Shown: positions 1 through 11,217, counted from the stretch's first letter. The stretch is 64,000 nucleotides of DNA from Spirochaetia bacterium (GCA_963668315.1 OY764216.1:1952001-2016000), one strand, 5' to 3'. The notes: generated by a model from the letters alone, not told the origin. Numbers and translations are program-made.

Positions 1-203
1 TCGTAGTGAACATCGGCTATGATTTTCAGAGCTCCTCTGTCCTTGGGGTTGCTGGCCAAGCGTTTGTTGGCTTCCGACAGGAGGGTCTTCTGATCTTTTT
101 CCATATTCTGACCGCGTTTATTTTTTACCGCGTTGGCTATTAAAGAAAAGACAACAAAGAAGAGAACCACAATAATTGAGACTGGAATGATGTAGGAAAC
201 CAT
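1..203 (-). CDS. Partial membrane-anchored protein, probably TPR-containing (runs off the window edge)
   Basis: Manual translation from ATG at 203: MVSYIIPVSIIVVLFFVVFSLIANAVKNKRGQNMEKDQKTLLSEANKRLASNPKDRGALKIIADVHY..., open to position 1; N-terminal TM helix followed by a TPR-like helix-turn (NPKD..AL). Confidence 0.65.
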   Translation of the reverse strand, partial: MVSYIIPVSIIVVLFFVVFSLIANAVKNKRGQNMEKDQKTLLSEANKRLASNPKDRGALKIIADVHY

Positions 204-209
204 TATTGA

Positions 210-239
210 ATTATCCATAAACAGATGGCCTTTTGTCAA
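210..239 (-). promoter_or_regulatory. sigma70-type promoter for the 203 ORF (leaderless geometry)
   Basis: TTGACA (239-234), 18 bp, GATAAT (215-210), 6 nt, ATG; no Shine-Dalgarno. Confidence 0.55.
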
Positions 240-266
240 GAAAAATAGAAAGAGTTGGCAAATTAA

Positions 267-295
267 TTGACAAATCCCATACGAATGTTTAGGAT
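267..295 (+). promoter_or_regulatory. sigma70-type promoter for the 302 ORF (leaderless geometry)
   Basis: TTGACA (267-272), 17 bp, TAGGAT (290-295), 6 nt, ATG at 302. Confidence 0.6.
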
Positions 296-301
296 CAACC
301 T

Positions 302-817
302 ATGGACGAAGTAAACAATCGTCATATCTGCCTTAAACTGGCCGATAGATCTCTATATAGTCTTTATAATTACGGCCAGGCGGGGGAGAGACTGATCGTC
401 CTTTCTCCGGCCTCGGAAAGCCAGGATAAAAACGAAATCTCCCTCTTTGACTGCACGGGAGATAAAAAGATACTGCTCAGGGATATCCTTCTGGAAAATC
501 CGGGGGATATGAAACTGAAATTTTCCCTCGGTCAGGGATACCTTTCCTACAGAATAATGAACCTTTCCGGAGTGCTTCTGGATAAAGGACTCATCGAACT
601 GCTTCCCGAAAGTGAAGAGACAGGTCTTTCCCTTGATACGGAAGGGAGAAGGGATGTTCCCCGGGAGAGGAAGCGCCGTTCTCCCCGAAAGGGCTGGGTC
701 CTCTTTTCCGTATTCCTGTCCCTCGGTATTCTTTTCTTCGGCAGTATGGTGATGGTAAGCCGGGCCGAGAGAAAAGAGCTTCCCCCCCTTATTACCTCGG
801 AGATGCCTCCCCGCTGA
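302..817 (+). CDS. Hypothetical protein with C-terminal transmembrane helix
   Basis: 171-aa ORF; basic cluster RKRRSPRK then a hydrophobic helix; 3 bp upstream of the SLT gene. Confidence 0.7.
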   Translation: MDEVNNRHICLKLADRSLYSLYNYGQAGERLIVLSPASESQDKNEISLFDCTGDKKILLRDILLENPGDMKLKFSLGQGYLSYRIMNLSGVLLDKGLIELLPESEETGLSLDTEGRRDVPRERKRRSPRKGWVLFSVFLSLGILFFGSMVMVSRAERKELPPLITSEMPPR

Positions 818-820
818 TTT

Positions 821-2839
821 ATGAATAGAAAATACCTTCCTTTTTTTCTGCCCCTGATGGCAGGCCTATCATTTATTATCCTTCCCCTCTACGGTCAGGA
901 GGAACTGGTCCGCTCCGCCGCGGAGGAGTTTTACTTCCGCTCCTTTGAGGAGAGCGGGGGAGAAGAGCTTTTACTGATTTCCGCGGAAGAGATGGTCTAT
1001 CCCTGGTCCGGTCTGGCCCTGATGGAGTTGTCCCATTCCTATCTGGAAAGGCCCGTGCCCCCTTCTCTGGGAAAGATCTACCGGCTGTGGAAAAAATATG
1101 TCGGCCGTTACGGTTATGACGATTATTCCGAGGGCATACGGGAAAAGGTCAGTCTCCTTTCCGATCATGATCCGGAACGTTCTCCCCTGGTCAAACCGGG
1201 AACGGGCAAGGCATTTTACACCAGCCTTTATCATTATGCTCAGGGGGACGGCGAGGACCCGTCTCCCCTCTATGAGTACCTGGATGAAGTTACCGACGGG
1301 GAAGAGCTCTCCTTTGTCCTATACTATCTCGGCAGCCGGGGTATTATGGCGGATCTTCCCCGGCCTTTTACTGAATGGCTCACCCTGAAACTTCTGGTGC
1401 AGGAGGGGGAGTACCGATTGGCGGCTGACAGGGCTGCCGAACTGGAAACCTACCCCTTTCTGGGAGAGTATGCCGGCTATTACCGTGATCTCTGGCATGT
1501 CGTTCTTACCCACCGGGACAGGGAAAGAATCCTCGAAGACTGGTACGGCAGGAGAGACTCGCTCCGGGGGGAGGCCAGGTGGTCTCTTCTTTTCCATTCC
1601 GCCCTCTGCCGCAGAAGCATGCAGCACTATTATACAAGCGGGACATTACTGACCGAAGCGCTTGACTGGGCCGTCTCTTCCTCTGATTACGACAGAACTC
1701 TCTGGTACTGGCTGGACGTGCTGGATAAAAGGGGAGAGAACCTTGCCGCAGCTCTGGGAGAGAAAGCCTTTCTCTGGCATGACTCTGTCTTTTTTGATGA
1801 TCTTGTGGACAGGGCGGCATCGGACAGTGTCTATATGGGACGATGGAGAGACCTTCTTTCCCTGGAGGAAGCCCTTGGGCAGTGGGGCTCCGGTGAGAGC
1901 CGGGACCGTCTCGGCTGGATCGTTGCCATGGGCGGCAGGGAGGGATTCCTTTCCTTGTCCGAAGAGGATATAAGCAGCCGGCTGGAAAAAATCGCCGAAA
2001 GAAACCTGGGATCTCTCTACACTCTGATGGCCCAGTATCAGACCGGAGGGAAAATCCGCTATTATCATAGTCTTGATGAGGCGGGCTACCGCGAGGTCTC
2101 CCGGTATGAACCCTTGTTAAGCGTCGTCTTTACGGGACTTGTCGCCAGAGACAATATACAGGGTGCCCGGCTCTGGTATGAACGATACGCATCGAGACTC
2201 TCCTGGGACAGCCGGAGAAAATACGCCTATCTTCTCAGGAGAAACGGGGACAGTCTGGGAAGTATCCGTGTCATAGGCAGTCTGAGCCGCAGTACCGGCT
2301 ATCTCTCTTCCCGGGAGGATCTGAACCTGCTTTACCCCCTTGAATACGCCGGTTCCCTTGAATACTGGTGCCGCGAATACGATCTTTCCCTTCCCTTTTT
2401 TCAGGCCCTTGTCAAGACAGAAAGCGGTTATGACAAGGATATCGTGAGTTATGCCGGCGCTGTGGGCTTGAGTCAGCTGATGCCGGCCACGGCGGAGGAG
2501 AGAATGGAGCTCATGGGGCTCCAGGGGGCAAGTCTGACCGAACCGGATATCAATATCGCCCTGGGAACCGGCTATATGAGATGGCTCTATGACAGGGAAT
2601 ATATCGGTTCCTCCGTTCAGGCAGCCGCCGCCTATAACGGCGGTCCGGGCTCGGTCAGAAAGTGGAACAGAGCCATGGCCGGTTATCCCATGATTCTGTA
2701 CATGGAGGGTATTCCTTTCACTCAGACGAGGGATTACGTGAAGTCCCTTGTTCAGGGAGCTCTGGTGTACTGTTTTCTCTATGAAGACATACCTCAGGAG
2801 CGGATATTGACGGATCTTCTTCCCGAACTGGCGGAATAG
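821..2839 (+). CDS. Soluble lytic murein transglycosylase (SLT domain, helical N-terminal region)
   Basis: Signal peptide; C-terminal SLT motifs KTES (catalytic Glu), AVGLSQLMPATA, AAYNGGPG, PF.QTRDYV. Confidence 0.9.
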   Translation: MNRKYLPFFLPLMAGLSFIILPLYGQEELVRSAAEEFYFRSFEESGGEELLLISAEEMVYPWSGLALMELSHSYLERPVPPSLGKIYRLWKKYVGRYGYDDYSEGIREKVSLLSDHDPERSPLVKPGTGKAFYTSLYHYAQGDGEDPSPLYEYLDEVTDGEELSFVLYYLGSRGIMADLPRPFTEWLTLKLLVQEGEYRLAADRAAELETYPFLGEYAGYYRDLWHVVLTHRDRERILEDWYGRRDSLRGEARWSLLFHSALCRRSMQHYYTSGTLLTEALDWAVSSSDYDRTLWYWLDVLDKRGENLAAALGEKAFLWHDSVFFDDLVDRAASDSVYMGRWRDLLSLEEALGQWGSGESRDRLGWIVAMGGREGFLSLSEEDISSRLEKIAERNLGSLYTLMAQYQTGGKIRYYHSLDEAGYREVSRYEPLLSVVFTGLVARDNIQGARLWYERYASRLSWDSRRKYAYLLRRNGDSLGSIRVIGSLSRSTGYLSSREDLNLLYPLEYAGSLEYWCREYDLSLPFFQALVKTESGYDKDIVSYAGAVGLSQLMPATAEERMELMGLQGASLTEPDINIALGTGYMRWLYDREYIGSSVQAAAAYNGGPGSVRKWNRAMAGYPMILYMEGIPFTQTRDYVKSLVQGALVYCFLYEDIPQERILTDLLPELAE

Positions 2840-2919
2840 GGGGAAAATATAATTCATCTCATATAATTTTTATACAAACTGGGGTATATTACAAACACCA
2901 ATTAATTTGAGGAGCAACA

Positions 2920-3717
2920 ATGACATATCTGCAGGGAATTATACTGGGCATTATTCAGGGTATAGCCGAATTCCTACCTATTTCCAGTTCGGGCCATCTT
3001 ATGGTGCTTCGGGAAGTCATGGGACTGGGAGACGTTCCCACCCTTTTTGATATACTTTTACATATCGCCACCCTTATTGTGGTTATCTATATGTATCGCA
3101 GCAGAGTGAGCCGTCTGATAATTGTTCTCATCCGTTTTCTGGGAAGAAAGACCACCGGAGAGGACAGTGCCGACCTGCGGATGATCCTTTTTGTCCTTCT
3201 CTCCACCTTTGTGACGGGCATCATGGGAATCAGCTTTGAAAAGCTGGGTGTCATAGATAATATGACGGTTACGTCCCTGGCATTTCTCGGAACGGGCATA
3301 CTGCTTCTCTCCACTCTTTTTGTCAAACCTCAAAGGGGATACGATAAATTGAAAGGGAGTGATTCTCTTCTCATCGGATTTGCCCAGGGCATCGGAACAA
3401 TCCCCGGAGTCTCCCGTTCCGGCAGCACCATATCCGCTGCCATGCTGGGAGGTGTGGACAGGGAAACCGCAGGGGAGTACTCCTTTATCATCTCCATACC
3501 CGCCATTCTGGGCGCTCTCGTTCTGGATATGGGCGATGCGGGCAGTCTCATGTCCCAGATCCCTTTGGGGGTAATGATAACGGCTTTTCTAGTGACCGTG
3601 GTTTCCGGGTATTTCGCGCTCTCTCTTCTTCTGAAGCTTCTTCAGAAAGGGACATTCTATTTCTTCAGTTTTTATCTGATTCCTCTGGGACTGTTCTCAT
3701 TTTTCTTTCTTCGGTAG
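2920..3717 (+). CDS. uppP: Undecaprenyl-diphosphate phosphatase (BacA)
   Basis: Motifs GIIQGIAEFLPISSSGH and PGVSRSGSTI; polytopic membrane protein; GAGGAG RBS. Confidence 0.95.
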   Translation: MTYLQGIILGIIQGIAEFLPISSSGHLMVLREVMGLGDVPTLFDILLHIATLIVVIYMYRSRVSRLIIVLIRFLGRKTTGEDSADLRMILFVLLSTFVTGIMGISFEKLGVIDNMTVTSLAFLGTGILLLSTLFVKPQRGYDKLKGSDSLLIGFAQGIGTIPGVSRSGSTISAAMLGGVDRETAGEYSFIISIPAILGALVLDMGDAGSLMSQIPLGVMITAFLVTVVSGYFALSLLLKLLQKGTFYFFSFYLIPLGLFSFFFLR

Positions 3718-3724
3718 AGTCAGA

Positions 3725-4693
3725 TTATAGGGCAGCCATGATCGGGGAGAACCGGCGCTTCAGTTCTTCCCTGAAATCATTGATGCTGCCGTCAAAGGTA
3801 CAGCCCGAAGCCTTGGGGTGGCCGCCTCCCCCGTATTCACGGGCGATTTCCCCCACATTGATATCGCAGGAGGATCGGAAACTGACGGACAGTTCTCCGG
3901 GACGGCTTTCCTTGGCCAGGGCAATGACCAGGGCACCCTTCACACTCTGAAGCTGTTTGTAAAGGGTGCCTGAGTCCCGCTCGGATTCTCCGTATTCAAT
4001 GAAATCTTCCTTTCTTTCCCAGGTAAAAAGAAGCCTGCCGTCGAAAAGGGATTCCGTTCTGTTAAGGATTTTGCCCAGATGCTTCTGAGAGATGAGGCTG
4101 CGGCCCGAATAGATACGCCGGTGAAACTCGGTAGGGGAGATACCCCTTTTCATGAGCCGGTGGATCTTCAGGAATACCCCGTCGTGGATATGCTCTATAT
4201 GGCGGAAATAGTCCGTATCGGTACAGAATCCGAAGAAAATATAGTCAGCCTCTTCCCCGGTCATATCAAGGGGAGAAGCTTCGATAATATCCTGAATCAG
4301 CAGGGTGGTGGAGGGAGAGTCCGGATCTACATAGCGGTAATTTCCGCCTCCCTCACCCGAAGCGTGATGGTCGACTACGATCAGGGGAAAATGGGAATAG
4401 GGCGATAGATCAAGCCCCGTTCTCTCCACAGAGGAGCAGTCCAGAAGGACAAGAGCCGTGCTTCCTTCATCCAGTCTTTCCGGGCGGGGAAGCCTGTCGG
4501 TAAATTCTACTGCCCATTCGGCAATTTCCGGTCTTCTGAAAGGTCCGTGGGAGATAAGGCGCACCTGTTTGCCCTGCCGTTTCAGAAAAGAGGAAAGGGC
4601 CAGCTGAGACCCGAGGCAATCGCCGTCGGGATCTTCATGGCCCAGAATGAGAAAACTTTCGTACCGTAAGAATGCTTCCTGTACTTCCTTCAA
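3725..4693 (-). CDS. nrnA: DHH/DHHA1 phosphoesterase (NrnA-like nanoRNase/pAp phosphatase)
   Basis: GHEDPDGDC, LDCS, VDHH, TDT and GGGGHPKASG motifs. Confidence 0.88.
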   Translation of the reverse strand: MKEVQEAFLRYESFLILGHEDPDGDCLGSQLALSSFLKRQGKQVRLISHGPFRRPEIAEWAVEFTDRLPRPERLDEGSTALVLLDCSSVERTGLDLSPYSHFPLIVVDHHASGEGGGNYRYVDPDSPSTTLLIQDIIEASPLDMTGEEADYIFFGFCTDTDYFRHIEHIHDGVFLKIHRLMKRGISPTEFHRRIYSGRSLISQKHLGKILNRTESLFDGRLLFTWERKEDFIEYGESERDSGTLYKQLQSVKGALVIALAKESRPGELSVSFRSSCDINVGEIAREYGGGGHPKASGCTFDGSINDFREELKRRFSPIMAAL

Positions 4694-4699
4694 GAAATA

Positions 4700-5137
4700 T
4701 CAGTAATTCAGGCGGAAGTCATCGAAGGAAACGGCGAACTGCTCGGAATAATCCTTTGTTCTGTCCAGCGTTCCCCAGGAGGTATGGAATTGATTGTCTA
4801 TCAGATACAACCTGACGTGATCAATTTTCCCGTCTTTATAGTAAGCCGTTAAATAGGGGTACTGAGGACCTTCTCCCCATACAATCTGGGCAGGTCCGGT
4901 ATTCCCTTTCTGGAACCAGTCCATGGGCATGTAGACGGCGAAAAGATCTCCGTTAGGCTGGTAGTATTCTACTCTGTATCCATCGGGATGGGGAGATACG
5001 CGGTAAATCATGAGGTTAACTGAGTAGTAGTCAGACTCCAGATCAGTCCCTTTCCAACTGTCGACTGCATCCTGAGCAGCAAGAGTAAAGGGTATGATCA
5101 AGCCCAACAGGCTTATAATTATGATAGCTCTCTTCAC
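4700..5137 (-). CDS. Hypothetical secreted protein
   Basis: GTG start with GGGAGG RBS; classic signal peptide (MKRAIII...LAA-Q); aromatic-rich mature domain. Confidence 0.75.
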   Translation of the reverse strand: MKRAIIIISLLGLIIPFTLAAQDAVDSWKGTDLESDYYSVNLMIYRVSPHPDGYRVEYYQPNGDLFAVYMPMDWFQKGNTGPAQIVWGEGPQYPYLTAYYKDGKIDHVRLYLIDNQFHTSWGTLDRTKDYSEQFAVSFDDFRLNY

Positions 5138-5211
5138 TTGAAGGCCTCCCTAAGGCAATGAATAACTAAATTGATTATCCAATATATTCTCTCTAATTTC
5201 AAGAAGAAAAT

Positions 5212-7656
5212 TTATTTTGTTCGCGCAAAATCCGGAAAGAGAAAGGCCAGAGCTTCTTCAACGGAATGGAAAAAATGAAAGGACATTATTTCTTTGACCT
5301 CGTCGGGAAGCTCTTCCGCATCTTTGCGGTTTTCTTCGGGAAGGAGAACATTGGTGAATCCGTTTCGATGGGCCGCCAGTACTTTTTCCTTGACTCCTCC
5401 GATGGGAAGCAGCCTGTCCGTCAGAGTTATTTCTCCCGTCATGGCCGTATTTTCCCTAATGGGGGCTCCGGTGGCAGCCGAGAAAAGGGCCGATGTCATG
5501 GTTATACCGGCCGAGGGTCCGTCCTTAGGGATGGCTCCTTCGGGGACATGGATATGGATATCCTTTTCCTTGTGGAAATTGGGGTCAATGCCGAATTTCT
5601 CTCCGTTAGCCCGCAGGTATGAGAGGGCTATCTGGGCGCTCTCTTTCATCACGTCGCCCAGTTTTCCCGTCAGCATCAGTTTTCCATCTCCCGGCAGGAG
5701 AGCCACTTCCACGGGCAGGACCCGCCCGCCGACCTCCGTCCAGGCAAGGCCGATGGAGATTCCCGGTTTCTTATTGCTCTTCAGGTCGGACTCATGAAAA
5801 ATCGGCTGTCCGAGATAATCGCGCAGCTCCTCTTCCTTCACGACACAGTTCAATTCATCAAGGTTGATTATTCCTTCCCGTTCCAGTCTGGTCATAACCG
5901 TGGGCGTATCATGGTTTTCATCGTTCTTCAGAACAAAACGCCCCGGCTTCGTCTGGTATTGATGCATGGAACTGCGCAGAATTTTCCTTATCACTTTGGC
6001 GATCTGTTTATCCAGATTGCGGACTCCCGCTTCCATTGTGTAAGAGGCGATAATGGTTTTCAGGGCATCCTCGGAGAACACAATTTCCGTACCCTTGAGT
6101 CCATGGGCTTTCAGCTGTTTGGGAATTATGAATTCCCTGGCTATATTGTACTTCTCAATATCGGTATATCCGGAGATTTCAATGATTTCCATACGGTCCA
6201 GCAGGGGACGGGGAATATTGTGAAGAGAGTTGGCCGTCGTTATGAACATGACATGGGAGAGGTCGTATGGTACTTCCAGGTAATGGTCGCCGAAAGTGCT
6301 GTTCTGCTCGGGATCGAGCACTTCCAGAAGAGCCGCCGCCGGGTCTCCCCTGAAATCATTGGACATCTTGTCAATTTCATCGAGCAGAAAAACGGGATTG
6401 GAGGTGGAAGCCTTTCTCAGGGACTGGATGATTTTTCCGGGAAGGGCGCCCACATAGGTCTTCCGGTGTCCTCTTATTTCCGCTTCATCACGGACTCCGC
6501 CCAGGGAAATCCGTACAAACTCCCTGTTGAGAGCTCTGGCAACGGAACGGCCCAGGGATGTCTTTCCCGTACCGGGAGGGCCGACAAAACAGAGGATGGG
6601 ACTCTTGGAGTATTCATTCATCTGCCTTACGGCGACAAAATCTATAATCCGCTCCTTGGCTTTCTTTAAATCGTAATGATCCTGGTCAAGAATCATCGTT
6701 GTTTCGGCAAGATTGTTTCGGTCCCGGGAGTAGCTGTTCCAGGGAAGATCGACGATCCATTCCAGATAGGTTCTCAGGACTCCCGATTCGGGAGACATGG
6801 GCTGCAGTTTGGCCAGCCGCTTCAACTCCCTCTCCGCTTTGCTTTTTACTTCGCCGGGAAGGGGTTTCGAAGCGAGAGCTTTTTCCAGATCCTTAAGATC
6901 GTTTCCCTCGTCCCCTTCAGTGCCCAGTTCTCTGTTGATCTCTTTGAGCTGTTCGTTGAGGAAATACTCTTTCTGGGTCCTTTCCATTTTCTTCCGGACC
7001 CGGGAATCGATATTTTTCTTAAGAGAAAGAAGCTCTTTTTCCATTTCTATGGCGGTATTGAGCTCTTTCATCACTTCGGTGACATTGCCGTTCTGCAGGT
7101 ATCCCGCCTTCTGGGCGGGTGAGAGATTGAGGGAGGAACAGATATGACCTATCAGTTTGCCCGGCGTATCGGCTTTTTCCACATGGGAAAGGACTTCCTT
7201 GGGGATCTTCCTTTTCGTTGAGGCGAACCCGTTAAAGGACTCCTTGAGGCTCTGCATCTGGAGAGCCATGGCAGTATTGCTGCTTTCCGAGGGGAAATCC
7301 AGTTCCTGGATCCGTGCCGTAAGTACGTCGTTCTTCTGAATTACGGCACTGATCTCGGCCCGGGACCGTCCTTCCACGAGCACCCGCATCTTTCCGTCGG
7401 GCAGCTTCAGTACTTGAAGAACATGGCAGAGCGTTCCGATTGTAAAAAGGGAACCGAGACCCGGGTTATCCCCCTCATCCTTCTGGAGAGTCACTATTAT
7501 GTCGCGTTCCTTTTTCAGAGCGTAATCAAGAGCGTCGAGTGAAGATTTCTGAGAAAGGAAGAAAGGAATGACAGTAAAGGGAAAAACCACCAGATCCTTC
7601 ATGGGGATCAGGGGAATTTCCCTTTTGGGGCTACGCTGTAATCTGCCTAGTTTCAT
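5212..7656 (-). CDS. lon: ATP-dependent Lon protease (endopeptidase La)
   Basis: LON N-domain, Walker [17 protein letters not shown], catalytic PKDGPSAG and KEK; overlaps the clpX stop. Confidence 0.97.
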   Translation of the reverse strand: MKLGRLQRSPKREIPLIPMKDLVVFPFTVIPFFLSQKSSLDALDYALKKERDIIVTLQKDEGDNPGLGSLFTIGTLCHVLQVLKLPDGKMRVLVEGRSRAEISAVIQKNDVLTARIQELDFPSESSNTAMALQMQSLKESFNGFASTKRKIPKEVLSHVEKADTPGKLIGHICSSLNLSPAQKAGYLQNGNVTEVMKELNTAIEMEKELLSLKKNIDSRVRKKMERTQKEYFLNEQLKEINRELGTEGDEGNDLKDLEKALASKPLPGEVKSKAERELKRLAKLQPMSPESGVLRTYLEWIVDLPWNSYSRDRNNLAETTMILDQDHYDLKKAKERIIDFVAVRQMNEYSKSPILCFVGPPGTGKTSLGRSVARALNREFVRISLGGVRDEAEIRGHRKTYVGALPGKIIQSLRKASTSNPVFLLDEIDKMSNDFRGDPAAALLEVLDPEQNSTFGDHYLEVPYDLSHVMFITTANSLHNIPRPLLDRMEIIEISGYTDIEKYNIAREFIIPKQLKAHGLKGTEIVFSEDALKTIIASYTMEAGVRNLDKQIAKVIRKILRSSMHQYQTKPGRFVLKNDENHDTPTVMTRLEREGIINLDELNCVVKEEELRDYLGQPIFHESDLKSNKKPGISIGLAWTEVGGRVLPVEVALLPGDGKLMLTGKLGDVMKESAQIALSYLRANGEKFGIDPNFHKEKDIHIHVPEGAIPKDGPSAGITMTSALFSAATGAPIRENTAMTGEITLTDRLLPIGGVKEKVLAAHRNGFTNVLLPEENRKDAEELPDEVKEIMSFHFFHSVEEALAFLFPDFARTK

Positions 7657-8929
7657 CTAGTTTATCATCATCGGATTTCAGGAACTTCTCCGGGTCGGTT
7701 ATGATGACGGGTTCCTTGTCTTCTGCTATGACTTCCCGGGTAATTATAACCTGTTTGGCGCCCTGGATAGACGGAAGATCGTACATGATATCCATCATGG
7801 AAGCCTCCACAATGGAGCGCAGTCCTCTGGCACCGGTTTTTCTCTCGATGGCCTTCTCTGCAATAGCCTCAATGGCGGCTTCTTCGAAGCGCAGATCAAC
7901 ATCATCAAGACTCAGGGAAGCCTTATACTGACGAAGAATGGAATTTTTGGGTTCCGTTATGATTCTCTTCAGGTCTTCCTTTTTCAGGTTATTCAGGGAG
8001 ACATTTATGGGAAGACGGCCGATAAACTCGGGAATAAGACCGAATTTGATTAAATCGTCCGGCTGAAGATGATCGAATACCTCGGAAAGATCCTTGTCTT
8101 CCAGGTTTCTTACGTCCGCACCGAATCCCATGGAGTGTTCGGAAATACGCTGCTCAATAATCTTCTCCAGGCCGACAAAAGCGCCGCCGCAGATAATGAG
8201 AATATTGGACGTATCTATTTTCAGCATCTCCTGATTGGGGTGTTTTCTTCCGCCCTGGGGAGGTACGGAAGAGACAGTTCCTTCAATGATTTTCAAGAGA
8301 GCCTGCTGAACGCCTTCTCCCGAAACATCACGGGTAATGGAGACATTTTCTCCCTTGCGGGATATTTTATCAATTTCGTCTATGTAGATGATTCCCCTCT
8401 CGGCCGCGGCGATATTATTATCTGCCGCCTGGATGAGCTTCAGGAGAATATTTTCCACGTCTTCGCCCACATAACCGGCTTCGGTAAGTGTGGTCGCGTC
8501 GGCAATGGCGAAGGGTACTTTCAGTTTACGGGCCAGTGTCCGGGCCAGGTGGGTTTTTCCCGTACCGGTAGGTCCTATAAGAAGAACATTGGACTTTTCC
8601 AGTTCAACATCTTCCTTGTTGAGCTTGCTTTTCTGGTTGATCCGCTTGTAGTGGTTGTAGACGGCAACGGAAAGGGCCTTTTTCGCCTGATCCTGTCCAA
8701 TGACATAGTCATCCAGATAAGCCTTGATATCATGGGGCGTGGGCAGCTCTTCAACAAACTCATGGGGAGTCTCGACTTCGTCGGTCTCGTCCATGAGAAT
8801 GCGGTTACAGACTTCCACGCATTCATCGCAGATATAAACGCCGATACCGGCTATAAGTTTTTTTACTTTGTCGGAAGATCTTCCGCAAAAGGAACAAACC
8901 TTGGTTTCTTTTCCTTTACTTCGGGCCAT
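7631..8929 (-). CDS. clpX: ATP-dependent Clp protease ATP-binding subunit ClpX
   Basis: CSFC...CDEC zinc finger, [26 protein letters not shown]. Confidence 0.98.
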   Translation of the reverse strand: MARSKGKETKVCSFCGRSSDKVKKLIAGIGVYICDECVEVCNRILMDETDEVETPHEFVEELPTPHDIKAYLDDYVIGQDQAKKALSVAVYNHYKRINQKSKLNKEDVELEKSNVLLIGPTGTGKTHLARTLARKLKVPFAIADATTLTEAGYVGEDVENILLKLIQAADNNIAAAERGIIYIDEIDKISRKGENVSITRDVSGEGVQQALLKIIEGTVSSVPPQGGRKHPNQEMLKIDTSNILIICGGAFVGLEKIIEQRISEHSMGFGADVRNLEDKDLSEVFDHLQPDDLIKFGLIPEFIGRLPINVSLNNLKKEDLKRIITEPKNSILRQYKASLSLDDVDLRFEEAAIEAIAEKAIERKTGARGLRSIVEASMMDIMYDLPSIQGAKQVIITREVIAEDKEPVIITDPEKFLKSDDDKLDETRQITA

Positions 8930-8930
8930 A

Positions 8931-9530
8931 TTAACCCTCCCTTGTCAGAATCTTGTCGACTATGCGGTATTCCACAGCTTCCGATGCGGACATGAAAAAG
9001 TCGCGTTCCATGTCATCGGCAATTTTTGATTCGTCATGGCCGGTATTATTGGCAAAATAGCCTATGAGCATTTTCTTGAGTCTGATGATTTCTCTGGCCT
9101 GTATGCCGATATCCCGGGCCTGGCCCTGAACGCCTCCCCAGGGCTGGTGAATCATCACCCGCGAAGAGGGGAGGGCAAGCCTTTTACCGGGCGCACCGCC
9201 TGCGAGCAGAACGGCGCCCATGGACGCCGCCTGGCCCATGCAGATTGTCTGCACGTCAGGTTTGATATACTGCATGGTATCGTAGATAGCCAGACCGGCC
9301 GTAACCGATCCGCCGGGGGAGTTTATGTACAGGTTTATGTCCTTGCCCGGATCCTGTGATTCCAGGAAGAGAAGCTGTGCCACGACCAGGTCGGCAGAAA
9401 CGTCGTTGACTTCCCCGTCCAGGAAAATGATCCTGTCCTTGAGCAGGCGGGAGAAAATATCATAAGCACGTTCCCCGATGCTGGTCTGTTCGACAACGGT
9501 AGGCACAAGATTGCTGTTACGAAAATCCAT
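8931..9530 (-). CDS. clpP: ATP-dependent Clp protease proteolytic subunit
   Basis: [26 protein letters not shown] (catalytic Ser), MIHQP. Confidence 0.98.
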   Translation of the reverse strand: MDFRNSNLVPTVVEQTSIGERAYDIFSRLLKDRIIFLDGEVNDVSADLVVAQLLFLESQDPGKDINLYINSPGGSVTAGLAIYDTMQYIKPDVQTICMGQAASMGAVLLAGGAPGKRLALPSSRVMIHQPWGGVQGQARDIGIQAREIIRLKKMLIGYFANNTGHDESKIADDMERDFFMSASEAVEYRIVDKILTREG

Positions 9531-9613
9531 TTATTACCTCATATGGTACGTTTCGGCTCTTACCAAACGTACGGTTACTTAAGTGTGGCTTGGCACAGCC
9601 AAACGCACGTCTA

Positions 9614-10963
9614 TTAGTTTATAAAGTCATCAAAGTCGATTTTCTCGCCTTTGGTAACTTTAGCTTTCTCAATCAGCAGATCGATGAGCTTTGTTCGGCT
9701 GATCTCACTCTTAAGATAATCAATCATACCGTTCTGAGTAAAGGTATTTTTTATATCTTCCAAGCTCATGCTGTACATTTTAGCCTGTTTTTCCAGTTCC
9801 TCGTCCACATCCTTGTCGGAAACTTCGATAGTCTCCTTATCAAGAATATAACCCAGGATAAGCTGATTTCTCAAGTTTTTTTCCGAATCTTCACGCCAAT
9901 CGTTCAGCATATCGTCTTTTGTGCGGCCCTGAGCGGTCAGAATGGGCAGAATCTGTTCTTCGGGCATACCGAACTGCTGGAGAAAATTACGCCAGTTGTT
10001 TTCCAGTTCCTGTTTTACCATAGACTCGGGAATGTCGAAAGTCGCGGTTTCACGGAGTTTTTCGAGAAGCTGTTCGGTCATTCTGTTTTTGGAGATTCCC
10101 TCAACCCTGTCTTCCAGCTGTTTTTTGGTCGCATTGCGCAGATCTTCAAGGGTTTTGTAATCTTCAGAGACGTCCTGGGCAAAGTCGTCATCCAGTTCGG
10201 GAAGAATACGCTCTTTAACAGCGGTGATCTTCACCTTTATCAGTTTTTTCTGACCGGCCAGTTCGGAAATTTCGAAATCTTCGGGATAATCCTTTTCGAT
10301 GGTTTTCTCGCCGCCGACTTTCATTCCCTTGATTTCTTCGTCAATTTTATAGTAGTTCTGTCCGGTTCCCTGGGTAAAGACGAAGTCTTCCCGGGCGGTA
10401 CCTTCGATTTCATTGCCCTCAGCGTCAACTTCTGCATAGCTCATGGTGACGATGTTGTCTTTGGCAATGGTCTTGCTGGCCTTGTCCTGGACAATGGCAT
10501 TCTGCTCGCGGAGTTTTTCCAGCTCGGCGGTTTCGTGCTTCTTCAGGATCTTGACCTGGGGCTCCTCTACTTCAATGCCGTCCCATTTTTCCAGATTGAT
10601 AGTGGGGAATACATCATAAACAACTTCGAAGCAGAAATCCTCACCGGCCTTCATTTCCGGTTCACCCTGAAGGGCGGGAGCGTCGTAGCCCAGGGGCTGA
10701 TCTTCCTTTTCCAGATCTCCGATGGCTTCCTTGAAAGCGTTGTCGATAAGCTGGCCGGAAGCTTCCTGCATAATACCTTCACCATACTTTTTCTCGATGA
10801 CGGAGACAGGTACTTTACCTTTTCGGAAGCCTTTGATCTGAATTTCCTTGCTGTACTTGGACAGAAGATCCTTATAAGCTTTGGAGGTTTCCTCTCCGTT
10901 TACAGTGACAGTCAGTTTTACCGATGAGTTTTCCTGTTTCTCAACTTTTTTTTCGGCAATCAT
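9614..10963 (-). CDS. tig: Trigger factor
   Basis: GFRKGKVP ribosome-binding signature, FKBP-like middle domain, canonical tig-clpP-clpX-lon order. Confidence 0.96.
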   Translation of the reverse strand: MIAEKKVEKQENSSVKLTVTVNGEETSKAYKDLLSKYSKEIQIKGFRKGKVPVSVIEKKYGEGIMQEASGQLIDNAFKEAIGDLEKEDQPLGYDAPALQGEPEMKAGEDFCFEVVYDVFPTINLEKWDGIEVEEPQVKILKKHETAELEKLREQNAIVQDKASKTIAKDNIVTMSYAEVDAEGNEIEGTAREDFVFTQGTGQNYYKIDEEIKGMKVGGEKTIEKDYPEDFEISELAGQKKLIKVKITAVKERILPELDDDFAQDVSEDYKTLEDLRNATKKQLEDRVEGISKNRMTEQLLEKLRETATFDIPESMVKQELENNWRNFLQQFGMPEEQILPILTAQGRTKDDMLNDWREDSEKNLRNQLILGYILDKETIEVSDKDVDEELEKQAKMYSMSLEDIKNTFTQNGMIDYLKSEISRTKLIDLLIEKAKVTKGEKIDFDDFIN

Positions 10964-11021
10964 CCCAATATCCTCTCTTTCCTTTTATAAGGTTATTCTC
11001 TTGGATTGAATAACATATATG

Positions 11022-11054
11022 AAAAAAAAGCGACCCATCATACAACGGGTCGCT
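11022..11054 (-). terminator. Intrinsic terminator after tRNA-Leu
   Basis: Minus strand AGCGACCC-loop-GGGTCGCT followed by a U-run (plus-strand A8). Confidence 0.75.
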
Positions 11055-11074
11055 ATTGTTTCTTAAAAAATCTT

Positions 11075-11155
11075 TGCGAGAGAAGGGACTTGAACCCTTA
11101 CGCCATAGGCACTGGTTCCTAAGACCAGCGTGTCTACCAATTCCACCACTCTCGC
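11075..11155 (-). tRNA. tRNA-Leu (TAG)
   Basis: GCGAGAG acceptor stem, anticodon arm CTGGT-CTTAGGA-ACCAG, variable arm, GTTCAAGTCC T-loop; CCA not encoded. Confidence 0.95.
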
Positions 11156-11173
11156 CGGTATACTCGTTTAATT

Positions 11174-11217
11174 AAAAGGACATGGGTAAAAGCTGTCGCT
11201 ATTACCCATGTCCTTTT
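11174..11217 (-). terminator. 16-bp perfect inverted repeat, terminator-like, between tRNA-Lys and tRNA-Leu
   Basis: AAAAGGACATGGGTAA (11174-11189) / TTACCCATGTCCTTTT (11202-11217). Confidence 0.6.

Noticed and set aside
9590..9602. TTGGCAC as a possible sigma54 promoter in the tig-clpP spacer
   Set aside because: No TTGC at the -12 position, wrong strand, and it is part of a hairpin
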